Assembly (NCBI RefSeq): GCF_009914755.1
Contig: NC_060929.1
DNA: 64,000 nucleotides
Source of the DNA: the human T2T-CHM13v2.0 reference genome, Homo sapiens
Direction: 5' to 3' (one strand)
Part shown: positions 32,295-46,139 of the stretch, piece after piece
Position numbering within the stretch: position 1 is the stretch's first letter
Layout of the letters: each line of letters starts with the position of its first letter
The notes under the pieces: generated by a model
Told to the model about the DNA's origin: nothing
Database searches by the model: none
The model's input: the letters and a program-made list of their open reading frames with translations, nothing else
Position numbers and translations under genes: made by a program

Positions 32295-35089
32295 ATACTA
32301 GATAAATCAAAGCAAACTCGAGGGGAATGAAAGCCCATATGTCCAAGCAGTTAAGAGCAGGCCTGAGGGCAATGATTCTAGTGTGGTAATGTTTCATGTA
32401 AATGCACCAAAATGGGAAGTAATCTTTTGTCAGATATGACCTAATTTATATTTCAGAAAATATGGTTCTCTGTTTTTGAAGGCCTATGGACCCCTGTGTT
32501 TCCTAAGATCTACCATACAAATGACTGATATTCCTGAAGTAAAAGCTTTGTAATTTAACCTGGAGTCAAGAGTCTTGGATGGAGATCAACACAGATCTTC
32601 AGAAGGCACAAGAAGGTCCCATAGGACACACTACAGAATCTAGCGATGGGACTCACAGGGACTGTACCATTTACATTTTCCCTAGGGCTACATAGTCCCT
32701 GATTTTCAGTGTCTGCTTCTTTCTTTATGGCTTCCCCCATAGAAGGGTTTTCTACTTCCACTTATCATAGTTTGCCACATGACCCTTCTTGACCTCAACT
32801 CTATAAGATATTAGAGTTCCCATATCTGGAAGTGTGTCTAGCATCATACTCTAAGTGTCTTAGACTTAAAGCTTCTTAGTTTAAATTCTTAAAAGAGAGA
32901 ATGTGATCGTCCCAATGGTTCATTTAGCTGTGGCCTCCGGTATTAACAAAGCAGAAACAGCAGCAGACCGGAGGCTGAGTATTGACGTTAGAAGAGGTTA
33001 TGGAACTGGCAAGGAGACAACGTTCAGAAAACCTAACACAGTAGAAATTATCCATTTGGCCCCTGAGAGTTCCATCTAACTTCACGAGTCTCTGGAACAA
33101 CAGTGTATCCTTTATTTCTGTAAATTCCAAACAAATGGTAGGAAATTCATAGAAAAATGCAACAGCTTGTAAAATATGTTGATTACATATTTTAAAACCT
33201 TAATTATACATGCACCCTTCACTCTAGAAATTTAAATCCTAGGGTTTTATCTTAAGAGAAAATTTGGGATGTGCCCAATAAGAAATAAGGAAAAGGAATT
33301 CTTGTCACGGTATTGTTTTTCATAGCAAACTTTTTTTACAAAAAGAAATGATCTAAATATCTAGAAATTGGGATTTTTATCAATGGAAGTCATTTTTACT
33401 TTTTTTGTTTTTACAAAAAAAATTCATCATCTTTGGTAAACTTTTTTCTCTTCATTAAAAAAAAGTCAGTAAGCCTTAACATTGTTTTAATACTGGCATA
33501 AGGAAATTGCAAGCAGATGGCCTCCCACGTTCTGTTTTTCTTGTCTGGGTTACAGTCACTATGATGATCTAGCTGCAGCTGCTGGATGATCTCTTCCAGC
33601 TGCAGATTTGATTTGCTCCTACTAGTCCCTAATTGAATTTAGTCGCTTCCCTTCTCTCCTCCACATCAGCAGAGGCCTCCCAATCTTAAAGTCCCAGTCT
33701 GCCTCTGTCCCTGTGTCCAAGGGCAGAAAAGTCCATATTTTGGGCTCTGAAGTTCAACTAGATTAAATTTCAGTCATTCCAGTCAATAATCTAAAATAGT
33801 TTTTATAATTAATGGCTAACTAGTTCTAGTCTTTGACTTGCTAGGAATTACTTGAGTCTCCATGTCTTCCTATCATCTTAACAGACAAGAGCAGAATGAG
33901 TTGGAATGCTAAAAAAAAAAATGAAATTTATCTTTTCTTTAAATACAAGAAAGATCTTGTGTCCAAGAAAGATTACAAAATTACGGTATTAGAGTATAAA
34001 TAGCTAGAATTAATAGAGTGATTTTCCCTAACCCAGAATCTTTTCCTCTTTGTCAGAATGTTGGATGAAAGGACACAGAGTTGAGAGAACGTGATAATTC
34101 TTAACCCATTGCTAAGGGTGTAACCATGAAATTTCTTTACTGTAAAGTTAAAGCTTCGGGTTATTACAAACCCAAAGGAGTTTGTTAAGACCTGGCAACA
34201 AAATCAATAAAGGTGAAAGCAATTTACATCACCCTGGATGATCGCAATTTTTTTAATAGTCCCAAAGTCACCATATTTGCCATTAGTCTATATCTGTAAC
34301 ATGGACATCTGAGGACAATGTGACTCATATGGCTGAGGATCTCCAAAATACAATAAAATCTAAACTCACTCCTAAGAAGAGTAGGAGGAGCATGAAAAGT
34401 ACTGTGTGTCTCGTTAGTATGGCAAATGAAAGTATACAATTTTTGTGACTACTTAGCTCACCATGTCATCGACCCCAGACACACACTGCCCCTGAGTGTC
34501 TTCCTCTGTAAAATAACGACACCTCGGCATGGCTAATAAATAAAAGTTTGGAGCCATCCTGGTTGAAGAGGGCAGGATAGAAACAGTATTCTGGTATTCA
34601 GTCTCCCCTTTGGTTTCCTCCATTTCTTCCTTGTACCCAAAATGGCCACCTTGGCAGAACCCAAAGGTTCTACAGCACACAGAGTGACCACCAACAAGCC
34701 ATGCAGTTTCTAAGGCCCCTCCCTCCTATAACAGCCTTCACTTCTATATGCCTGGGAGGTGTTTATAAAAATTGACACTGCTTACCTAGCTTCATATACC
34801 GGCACAGCACACAGCAGGTGCTTCATAATGTTGAGTAAATTGAATTTCAACTAGTACCTGTTTGCTCAATGTTCTAATAAAACTTTCAGAAGAGCAAATA
34901 TTCTAGGTCCTAGATTACTGATTTTTCAGCAAATAGGAATAGAACAAAATTACAAACCAATGTTTAAAATTAGGGTATCTCTAAATTTTATTGTATGATT
35001 TTTGCCTCCTGTTATTAATACCCACTTAGGTCTCACTTAGTTCCTATTTCTGAATTTCCCTCATAACTCATAGATTATGTTCTGCTTGT

Positions 35090-35340
35090 CGCTATGTGGC
35101 AGAATGTAAAGAGGACTTTCTTTATTGGGCTCACTCTGACCTGGGTTCTAATCCCAGCTCTCACGTGTACTATCTATGGGACTTTGAGCGAAACTTTAAC
35201 CTTCATCGTTTCCTCATCTGAAAAGAATGAAACAGGGAAATAAGGAACAGGGAAAAGGCTGATTTGAGGATTATATGGAATAATGTGTCATGGATAGCAA
35301 CTGATAAGTGTTCCATAAATGACAACTGTAATAATTATTT
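35090..35340 (+). mobile_element. MIR
   Basis: GACCTGGGTTCTAATCCCAGCTCT...GTTTCCTCATCTG. Confidence 0.7.
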
Positions 35341-35739
35341 TTAGTTGATCCAAAAATGAAGAAGCGATCACATAGCATACCCAAGAAGACTATTCCTCCT
35401 TTTAAAAAGAAGTCTATTAAGGTATCATGAGGGAGAGATATTTAAGAGTTCAAGGAAAGATAGCTGCTTTAATATCAGAAAAGGGAGCTTAGAGATAGGA
35501 GTATCCTAGTTACCATGGCTGGTTAATGACGGATAGTTTGACTTGTGTATCCCCATATCCTGCCAAACCAAATAATCCCATGCTCTCCTGCTAGACCAAG
35601 TCTCTCCTATAATCCTTTTTTTCAGAATCATATTCTACCTGTTATGGAGAAATAAAATATTCACTTTAGAACATATTGTAGGAAATCACCTCAGAAATTA
35701 TCCAGTCTGCCCATGGGACATTCTCTATCAAAACTTTAC

Positions 35740-36317
35740 CACATAGCTTCTTTTTAGCTGTGGCAACTCTCAGCTACAGCTGAGAGGCTATGTAGTGGAC
35801 ATCTATTATTATTTTGTCTCCACAGTATACTTCTGCCTCTGGGCACAATACAAAATATCAGAACTTCCCCTTCCCTCAAGTTCAATGATATGATTACCAA
35901 GGAAGCCACCATGTCCTTCCATAAGTTTACCCCTGGTCACAGCTGAGCAATGTAGGATGTACACTAAACCAAACTCATCAATTTGAGGACCTCTGGACAT
36001 GAAGCAGCATGAATTGAGGCCATTTCCCTTTGGCTGCTGTAACTGTTAAATGTAAGATTCATGAACTGTCAGCAGCCATTTCCCGCCTTTGAACTGGAGA
36101 AGCAGAGGCAGCAATCTGCAAATCAGCAAGAGCCAGCATCCTCAGGAGCATAGAGGAGAACAGAATCTGGAGAAAGAGGGCTGCGACAACATCTAAGGCT
36201 CTGTTCCTGAAGCAAGGCAATGTTCCTTGGGTTCTACCAGTGACTCAAAAATTCCTCTTTTTCCTTAAGGTGGGGAGATTACAAAGTATCGTGCAACTAA
36301 AAAGACCAATGAATACA
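35740..36317 (+). mobile_element. Possible ancient ERVL-class LTR (LTR16/LTR33-like)
   Basis: GCAGCCATTT...CCTCTTTTTCCTTAAG...TGCAACTAAAAGACCAATGAATACA terminus; very diverged. Confidence 0.35.
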
Positions 36318-36461
36318 AGGTTTTAACATATGGGTTAAGAGACCTAGACCATAAATCTCTCTAGGGACGAACTTATAATTGGAGATAGTCGTATTCCAGG
36401 GCAGACCTTCCTATGCCCAAGCCATGGTGCCTGCAGCTGCCTACTCTGCCCCTTTTTAAGT

Positions 36462-36590
36462 AAAGTGATCACATGTCATAGTTCAGCCCAGGAAGTCCCA
36501 GTGTATGCACTTGGTCCCAGCATACTGCACAGTTAGCTCCCTTTATTGTTGAAACTATCCTGATTTGAGCAATAAAGTATATGTCACCTT
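36462..36590 (-). mobile_element. MER94-like hAT MITE
   Basis: Degenerate TIRs AAGTGATCA and GTCACCTT; about 130 bp body similar to the recalled MER94. Confidence 0.55.
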
Positions 36591-39310
36591 ACTCACAAGG
36601 CTAGATCTGCCACTGTCAGCTTCCACTTCAACTTCTGCTGCTGTTTCACTCTTTGTCACCATATACAGTATTTGGCAGAGCACCTATAAATGAATCCCAA
36701 TTTCAGGAAGCGTGGACCATATGAGAAAGCTAGAAAACCCATGAAATTATAAAATAATACTACCAGATAGGAAACAATAACAATAATAATAAACAAGGTA
36801 ACATACGTAAAGCACATTGAACAGTTTGGGGAACACTGTAAGCTCTCAATAATTAATAGTTATTATTATCATTATATTGCATAATAGGATTATCTCATCC
36901 CTTCTGTGGCTATGGATGAGACTGTTCCTTAAAAGTTAAAAGGTATACAGTAAAATAAAAATTATAATTTATCACTTTAACATTTAATAAATAGAAAATA
37001 TTCCCTTAAGCCAGCAATCTGAAACAATTATTAGGAATCCTTCCTGAAAAGTGATTTATCTAATAATTATGATAGAATTTTCCATCTTTTCAATTCTGAT
37101 GCTTTTTTAAGGAAAGGCAAAAATGTATTATGGACAAAATGAAAAACAGAAATAAGTTTTACCTTAAATATTTAGGAAGTTTTTCCTTTTGATTTAATGA
37201 TGATAAAGGGGTGGTAAACAAAAGTACACAGACTTAACCTTGCAAAATTTCTCTCTTAACCCAGTCAAAAGGAAGACTGTTTTTTAAAATTTTAAACAGC
37301 CAAAATTACCCAAAAGGAAGACAGGAAAGTACAGAAGACACAGGAGTATCATTACATCATGATGGATGATAAGGAATAAAATGCTGTTGGCTTGCAAAGT
37401 GATAAAAAAATAACTATTTTACCTATGATATTGAGTTATATTTCATCAGATTCCTTCCCTTTCTCCCAAGTACTCCCTTGTCACACCATTAAGATCCTGA
37501 GTCATTTCAAAACATGGCAGGAGGTGTGGGGTGATATTAATAATAAATAAAAACACCCAGGATCTCTACTCCAATTTTCTCCACAAGAACACCAAGTAAT
37601 CTCTATTATTTCATGACATCTTTTGCAAGAGGATACAGATGGGCATTATTACTCCTATTATATGGTTAGAGAACCTATGCAAGAAAACTGGACAAATAAT
37701 TCTATATCATATTAGCTGAACTAGAATTATAACCCTTGTCTTTCTTGTATCTCTTAGTGAAGAGAAAAGAAGAGACGATTGGGAAAATATCAATTTTATA
37801 ACCAATTTAAATAACAGTTTAACTGTTATCTAATACTAATTTAAATAACAATTTAAACTGTTCGTGTATGTGTTATAAAAGATTACTGGGAATTCCTTTA
37901 ATACACATAATAAAACATGGTACATCCCAATTTCCATTTTGTAAATGTAATTTATGCATACAGGTACAATTTATAAGCATATAATTTTATGCATATAATT
38001 TATGCATAAAATGGAATGATACTATACATATTGTTTTATAGCCTATTCTTTTGGGGCAACACCATATTGTAAACAACTGTCATACTTCTACATGAACATT
38101 TGCAATGGCTGCGATGTGATCCACTCATAGATGTATCCTAATCTATTTATTTTTGGAAAAGTTTTTTCAAAGCCAGCGTGAATACTCTTCTTTGAAAAAC
38201 ACAGAAAGAAACTCCTCACAAAAAATATAGATTGATTCCTTTAAAAAATAATTACTGAGTACCTTTAGTATAGCAGACATTCTGGGGAAATCTCCATGAA
38301 AACACACTCAAGTACCAAAAATTTAGGGAGAAGGGTAAGCAAACAAGCCAGCAATTACAACAGTATGTGGTCAGTCACCCTCGTAAACTAAGGTAACATT
38401 TTTTCTAAAAGTTAATATGGGTAAATATGTCAGAAGTTCTAAGACTGTAAATATCTCTTGCGCAGACAAATCCCCTGCTTAAAATTTATTATTAGGATGT
38501 AATGGGACAAGGTACAAAGATGGTGGTACAAGACATTTATTGTAGTTTGTTAAATAAAGCAAGAGAGAGGGAGCAAAGTAAATATCCATGAAAAGGGAAT
38601 GGTTTAAATAAATTAGAAGGCATCGAAAGTGAATAGACCAAGGCCTTGAAAATGGTGATGCAGATGAGGGAACAATATTTGGGATACATTATTAAGATTT
38701 TTTTTAAAACAGGCTACATCAACATGTGTGTATGTGCATGCATTGGACGGATAAAATCCAAAATACTAGTAGTGGTTTTCTCTGGGTTATAAGGTTATTG
38801 GAGCCTTTTTTTTTTAATGTTCATAGAATTTTCTGATTTATATATAATGAACACAGAACGTTTATTCAAAGTCAAAATTAACATTGAACATTTTTAATAG
38901 AGTGTGTTACATGAGAGCATACATACAGGGTTCTCTAGGATCCCTTAACAGCCTGAAGCTAAGAGGGAGCGTGGGGATGGCTTCTCAAATTAGTGACACT
39001 TATTTAAACTGAATCATCAAGGAAACATAGCAGTTAGCCAGTGATATACAAGGAAATGAGCACACCAGGATGAAGAAACAGCCTACGCAAAGCCGTGGAG
39101 GCCTGCACAGCACAGCCCCATCCAAGCAGTGTGAGTAGTTCACATGCTACAGAGAGCAAACTAATATCAGAACTAAAAGTGTCTGTGAGATTTTTAGTAT
39201 ATTCCATTTTTACCTACGCTTGAGTCATTTCTGACAAATAACAAAGGCAAAAGCCAGATGGTCACACGCTAAGGAATGAATGGGAGGTGAGAAAGTGTTG
39301 AAAGTAAACA

Positions 39311-39523
39311 CAGGGAGGGGAACATCACACACAGAGGCCTGTCAGGGGGTGGGGGGCAAGGAGAGGGAGAGCATTAGGACAAATACCTAATGCACGCAGG
39401 GCTTAAAATCTAGATGGCAGGTTAATGGGTGCAGCAAACCACCATGGCACATATATACCTATGTAACACACCTGCACATTCTTCACACGTATCCCAGAAC
39501 TTAAAGTAAAATAAAAAATAAAT
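39311..39523 (+). mobile_element. Short L1PA 3' end (about L1PA8A-10) inserted in an L2 remnant
   Basis: GGGAACATCACACAC...AGCATTAGGACAAATACCTAATGCA...AGAACTTAAAGTAAAAT; TSD-like AAAGTAA(A/G)CA. Confidence 0.88.
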
Positions 39524-41054
39524 AAAGTAAGCAGGAATTCAAGAAGTGCCGATAAATAGTGAAAAGGGAGAGGGGTAACTAGAGTTGTGAGAAGGTTTTA
39601 CTTTGAAGTGGGGAGAACTGAAAGATGCTAATAGGGGAAAGAACCAATATAGGGGGAGAGGTTGATTTAAAAGAAGGAGGAGGAGGAAGAGGAGGAGGAG
39701 GAGAAGAAAGGAATGGACAGACGTGATGATAGCTTAATGTTTCTATTTTGGGGCAGAAGGGGAGATCCAGAGAGGAGTGAAAGTGTAAGCAATTAGGCCA
39801 GGCAACATTGCAGGAAGTCATCTCTTGCTTCAAAAAACTACAAAAAGCCAATTCATAGAAAGAATCGTAACTTCAGTTTCCTAAAAGATAGGACCAGCAA
39901 GTAGCTATGACCAGAACAACCTAGAAAGTACTTAGTATAGTCAGCAAAATGTGGTAGAAACAGAACAGCACATTACTATCTCACCCCTGCATAACAACAA
40001 AAAATATTCTGTGACTTTTTATAACAACTCCTAAGGAAAAACATTATTGAAAAAAGTATAGAAGACAGAAACTAAAATGCTCAAGCAAATGGGAAGCACG
40101 TTCCAGCAGCAGAGAAAAATCAGATTTGGAATTTTCATGAAGAAATAACAAAACCTATTAAAAGACATGATTTAAGTTAGTGGCTTCTAGTCTTTCTAAG
40201 AAAATCTTTTTTAACGTCAAAAATATTTGAGAACACAGGTGGTGGTAACTAAGCATTTAGTAATTATTGATTGAGAAAATACAATAGGATAAGAAGCATT
40301 CATAAGTTAGATAATTCTTTTTAATTAATTTTCATTTTATTAATCTCAGCATCTACATATTTTTGTATGTGTGTATTTATGAATATAAGTCATTATATTT
40401 TATTCCACCAAAGAAAATGTTTGGATACGCATATGAAATTGCAATTCCTTTGAAACCACTACCAACCACCATCCCATATCTGCCCAAACTACATTTGAGA
40501 ACCACTATTCTAATTTATAAAACCCTGAATAGGATGAATATAAATCTCATCACTTAATACCCAAAAACTATAATTAAAACATGAAGCTCAAAAAAGGCAT
40601 ATTTAGAATATAGTTGTCTTTGGAAAGATTTGCAAATGTTACACAACTGAAACAGCATAAGATAAAAAATAGACATTGTTTTCGAAATGTTTACATAAGC
40701 CACTTTATGATATTTCTATAATGAATTTTAAAGTAAAAAGTAAAATTGCTTTGTCAGAGGCCATAGCCTTTGTGGTGACATCAGGGAGTAAGACAGTATT
40801 GTGCCATGATACTTGTTGGTGCTGCTGACCCAAATATATGATAAGGATTGTTGTAAATTCTCACATTTGTATCCTGACCAGGCATAGTGCAGAGGCACAC
40901 ATACCCTCAACATAATCCAGAATAAAGAGAAAATGAATGAGTCAATAAAAGCAGAGACAGAAACTGAAAGATAAAAATAGCTTTAAGACTAAATAATTTC
41001 ACCATCCTGAAAATAACTTAAAAGTATAGAAAGAAAACTTAAAGGATCCTTTGA

Positions 41055-42770
41055 CTTGCTTACATATTCTGAATATTAGCCCCTTATGAGATAGATATGT
41101 GTTTTGCAAATATTTTCCCCCAATCCATGGGTTGTCTCTTCATTTTGTTAGTTGTTTCTTTGCTGTGCAGAAGCTTTTTAGTTTGATGTAATCTCATTTG
41201 TCTGTTTTTGCTTTTGTTGCCTGTGTTTTTTGGAGTCCTATCTGATAAATCATTGTCCAGATCAATATCATGGAGTTTTGCCCCTTATGTTTTCTTTTAG
41301 TAGCTTTACAGTTTCAGGTCTTATGTTCAAGTTTTATCAGTTTTGAGTTGATTTTTGTATCTGGTGTAAGATAAGGGTCCAACTTTATTCTTGTGTATGT
41401 GGATATCCAGCTTTCTCAGTGCCGTTTATTGAGCAGACTGTTCTTTCCCAATTGTGTGTTCCTGGCACCTTTATTGAAAATCAACTGATCTTAAATATTT
41501 GCATTATTTCTTGGTTTTCTATCCTTTTCCATTGGTTCATCCTGTTCCATTGTCTGTTTTTATGCCAGTACCGTGCTGCCTTGATTACAATAGCTTTATC
41601 TTTTGAAATAAGAGAGTGTTATGCCTCTAGCTTTGTTCTTTTTGCTCAAGATTGCTTTATAATTTAGGGTATTTCCTAGTTTTATGTTAATTTTAGGATT
41701 TAGTTTTTTATTTCTGTTTATAATGATAGAATTTTCATGGAAACTGCACTGTATCTGTAGATCACTTTGGGTAGCATGAACATTTTAACAATATTAATTC
41801 TTCCAATCTATAAACCTGGGATAACTTTTTATTTATTTGGGTCTTGTTCAACTTTTTTCATCAATGTTCTTTAGTTTTCAGTGTACAAATATTTTATCCC
41901 TTTGGTTAACAACTCAACAGCAAGAAGGCAAATAACCCCACTTAAAATGGGCAAAAAGATCTGAATAGACATTTCTCAAAAGAAGAAATACAAATGGGCA
42001 ACAGATACATTTTTTAAATGCTCAACATCTCTAATCATCAGGGAAATACAAATGGAAATCACAGTGTGATATTACCTCACACCTGTCAGAATGGCTATTA
42101 TCAATAAATGAATGATAAGAAGTGTTGGTAAGGATGGGAGAAAATGGAATCCTTACTCACTGTTGGTGGGAATGTAGATTAGTATAGCCATTTTGTATAA
42201 TAGTATGAAGGTTTCACAAAAACTAAAAGTAGAATTACCATATGACCCAGCAATTTCATACTAGGTACATATCCAAAGAAATTGTCATCAGTATGACAAA
42301 GAGATATCTGCACTCCCATGTTCGTTTCAGTACTATTGAAAATAGCCACATATGGAATCAACGTAAGTTTCCATCAACTGAATAATATATACCCTTAGAA
42401 TACAAAAAAATTTTGTCATTTGTAACAACATGGACAGAACATTATATTAAATGAATTAGGCCAGGTCCAGAAAGATAAATACTGTATCTCACTTATATGA
42501 AGAATCTTTAAAAGTCAATCTCATAGAAACAGAGTAGAAAGGTGATTACCAGAGGCTGGACAGGAGGGTGAGGGATGGGAAAGGGAAGATGTTGATCAAA
42601 GGGTACAAAGTTTTAGTTAGACTGGAGAAATAAGTTTTAGTGGCTTACTGCACTACATCGTGACTACAGTTAGTAATAATTTATTTTACATTTCAAAATT
42701 GCTAAAGTAGATTTTTAAGATTCTCACCATAAAAAAAGATAAGTTAATTAGCTCTATTGAATATTTCTAT
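41055..42770 (+). mobile_element. L1MA-type element with 5' inversion (41055-41909 inverted, 41910-42770 sense)
   Basis: Strand switch at TTGGTTAA|CAACTCAACAGC; the two segments abut in L1 ORF2 coordinates. Confidence 0.8.
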
Positions 42771-42942
42771 AGGTCTCTTCACCCCATCTCCTTTAACTTT
42801 ATTATTAGTAACAGTATCAAAAGCCATCAACTGTGGACTCCCTGAAGTCATGAGATAGGAGCACCTGCTACCTAATCAAACCAAGAGTCCAAGATAGGCA
42901 GCAAAAAAATGAATCATAAATCTCATGATTAATAATAAACAA

Positions 42943-44055
42943 GACTTATCAAACTAAAAAGCTTCTGCACAGCCAAAGAAACCAACAGAGTAAAAACCAA
43001 CATATGCAATGGGAGAAAATATTTGCAAATGTTAACATCTGATAAGCCATTAACATCCAAAATATATAAAGAATTCAAACAACTCAATAGTGGGAAAACA
43101 AATTAACCCCATTAAAAATGAACAGAGGATATTAATAGAAATGTCTTGAAAGAAGACATACAAATGGGCAACATGTATATTTAAAAATTTTCAAAATCAC
43201 TAATCACCAGGGAAATACAAATCAAAACCACAATGAGAAATCACCTCACACACGTTAGAATGGCTAAAAGACAAAAAGACAAAAGATGACAAGTGTTGGC
43301 AAGGATGTGGAGAAAAGGGAACCATTGAACACTGTAGGTAGAAATGTTCGTTAGTAAAACCATTATGGAAAACAGTACGGAGATTCCTCAAAAAATTAAA
43401 AATAAAATTACCATATGATCTAGCAATCCCACTGCTGGGTATATATCCAATGGAAGTGAAAACAGTATGTCAAAGAGATATTTGCACTCTCATGTTCATT
43501 GCAGCACTATTCACAATAGCCAAGATATGGAATCAACCTAAGTGTTCATCAGTGGATGAATGGATAAAGAAAAGGTGGCATATATACACAATGGAATACT
43601 ATCTGGTCTTTACGAAAAGAAAAAAATACTATTTGCAACAACATGGATGAATCTGAAGGACATTAAGTAAAATAAGACAGGCACAGAAAGACAAATACCA
43701 CATTATCTCACTTATATGTGGAATCTAAGAGTTGATCTCATAAAAGTAAAGAGTAGAATAGGGAAGGGGGGAATGGCAATTGGTCAAAGGATATAAAATT
43801 TCAGTTAGATAGGAGGAATAAGTTGAAGAGCTCTATTGTAGAACATGGTGACTACAGTTAGTAACAATGAATTTGTATTCTAAAAATTACTAACAGTAGA
43901 TTTTACATGTTCTCACCACAAAAAAATAGGTATATGAGCTAATACATATGTTAATTATCTGAATTTAGCCCTTCTGCAATGTATATGTATTTCAAAACAC
44001 ATTGCACATGATAAATACATAACTTTCATTTGTCAATTGAAAAGGAAAAAAATTT
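42943..44055 (+). mobile_element. 5'-truncated L1MA (about MA6-MA8)
   Basis: ATCAAACTAAAAAGCTTCTGCACAGC...CATGGTGACTACAGTTA...TTTGTCAATT L1MA 3' end. Confidence 0.85.
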
Positions 44056-44229
44056 TAAAATAATAAAGGTGAACCTGCATTCAGGTTCAAAAATCAAATA
44101 ACAAATTTCAATAAAAAGGTACAATAAAAATGATTTCACAGCTCTTCAGTTGAAAATATTTCCTATATTTGTTTTATCACCAGAGAGAGCCTACTGTGTG
44201 ATGCAGATATCTGTAAGCTGACACAGGCC

Positions 44230-44830
44230 TACTCAACTCTGTACCTCATACCACCATTAGGGCATCATGTTCAATACTGGCATTGTGTTCTAAGAGAGGT
44301 GGACTAGCCTGATACTCAGCAAGTATCTACCAGTATGGCCAGCCTAGCGACCAAAAGGTTAATACCAGGCACAGCAAGTGTCTCCATTCTGATACAGTTG
44401 CTATCTGTGCCAGATGGATTGTATTGTTAATATTGCCAAAAATGAAATACCAAGAAAAACTACTAATCAGGAGTGGGAATTGCCTGGAAATTATGTCAGA
44501 GGAAGGACCATTGAAGGTTCAAGTGATCTTTAGATTTCAAAGGAGACGATTTGGGATGGGGAAGAGGCAGGGGGACTATGAGCACTGCCTTCAAATACAT
44601 GAATGGGCTCCATATGAGAAACAAATTAGATTTATACCACATGGCTGCAGGGGGAGGAATTGCACACAATGATTGGAAGTTACAATAAGGCTGACGTTTG
44701 TGCACAATGATTGGAAGTTACAATAAGGCTGATGTCAGTTCTATATAAGGAAGAACTTTTGAATCCTGGTGCCACCCAACAATGGAACTGACTTTGTGAG
44801 GGTAGTGAATTTCCAGTACCAGCACAGGAA
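44230..44830 (+). mobile_element. L3/CR1 fragment
   Basis: CTTCAAATACATGAATGGGCT...AAGGAAGAACTTT...CAACAATGGAAC resemble the L3 3' region. Confidence 0.6.
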
Positions 44831-44935
44831 GGGAGCAATAATTCTAGGAGTGCTGCAGCTGTGGGTGCTTCTGTTCTGGAGGGTGAATTAAAGAGATCCC
44901 AAACTTAAATATTAATCTGAATTCTCAATGGAAAT

Positions 44936-45212
44936 TTTAATAGACTTTATTTCTTAGAACAGTTTTAGGTACACAGCAAAACTGAGAAAAAAAGTATGAA
45001 GAGTTCTCATATACTCCCTGCTCCCCTGTAGACACATATGAGCCTCCCTCAGCCATCAGTGTCCACACCAGAGTGGTACATTTGTTACAACTGGTGAATC
45101 TACATGACACATCATTATCACCCAAAGTCTATAATTTACATTAGGCTTCACTCTTAGTGTTATACATTCTATGGGGTTTGACAAATGCATAACGACAAGT
45201 ATTCACCACTAT
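44936..45212 (-). mobile_element. L1MC-type 3' end
   Basis: CCAGAGTGGTACATTTGTTACAA...ACACATCATTATCACCCAAAGTC. Confidence 0.8.
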
Positions 45213-45229
45213 AAATGAAACTTTTTAAA

Positions 45230-45355
45230 GACCAGGCCTCCTGCTTCCCAACCCAAACCTACTAAATCAGTATCTCTAGCCACTGGAGTTTGGAATTTTG
45301 TGTACTTTAAAGCTCTTCAATTGATGTTGATACACAGATATGTTTGGAAACCTGC
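45230..45355. mobile_element. MER5-family fragment
   Basis: ACCTACTAAATCAGTATCTCT...GTTTGGAAACC. Confidence 0.5.
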
Positions 45356-45489
45356 ATTCAGTGATCTGCAAAGTTATTTTCAACCTTTAGATTCTATAAT
45401 TCTATTAACAAAATTCACAATAACTTTTTTAAAAGAGTAGTTCACTTTTGAACACTTACCAGGGCTTAGAGGAGAATCTTTAGCCTGTC

Positions 45490-45690
45490 AAACACTATGC
45501 TAGACCTCATTTAATTCTCACAACAACCCTATAAAGAAAATGTTAATATATATTCCCATTTAATAGAAAACAAAACTGAGGCCCAGATAGATTAAGAAAC
45601 TTGCCCAAGATTACAGAGTCAGTAAAAGGCAGAGTGGGGATTCAAACTGAGGACTATTTGATCCACATTCTTTCCTTCACACCATTAGAC
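45490..45690 (-). mobile_element. MIR
   Basis: CTCATTTAATTCTCACAACAACCCTAT...AAACTGAGGCCCAGA...ACTTGCCCAAG. Confidence 0.8.
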
Positions 45691-46139
45691 CTTGAGAGTT
45701 TTGAATAGAGACACAACTTGAAATTACTAATATTAGGGGTGAGGGGTTGAGGGGGTTTTGCCTGGTGGGTTTTTTTAGTAATATATTTAGCACATGGGAG
45801 GGATATTTTGTACATATTTTGAACATAAAACTAGATGATATTCCAGGAACTTGTAAGTGACTTACATCAAGCCAGCGACTAACATAGCCAACGCATTTGC
45901 TCTATGAATCCAAAATATTGGTCTAAGGGTTCTATGGTACCTAAACAAAACATGTGGTGAACTATCCAAAATGAGAGAAAAGAACTCAACTACATCTTTG
46001 TTCATCATAATGGACTCCAAACCAGAAAGGACATTTCTACATTTTCACATTGGAACCATTACCCATTTTCTGAGCCACCGAAAGGAACAACTAGCTTCTT
46101 AGAGCTGTATTTCTGCCACTTCAAGGAACATGAAAATAT

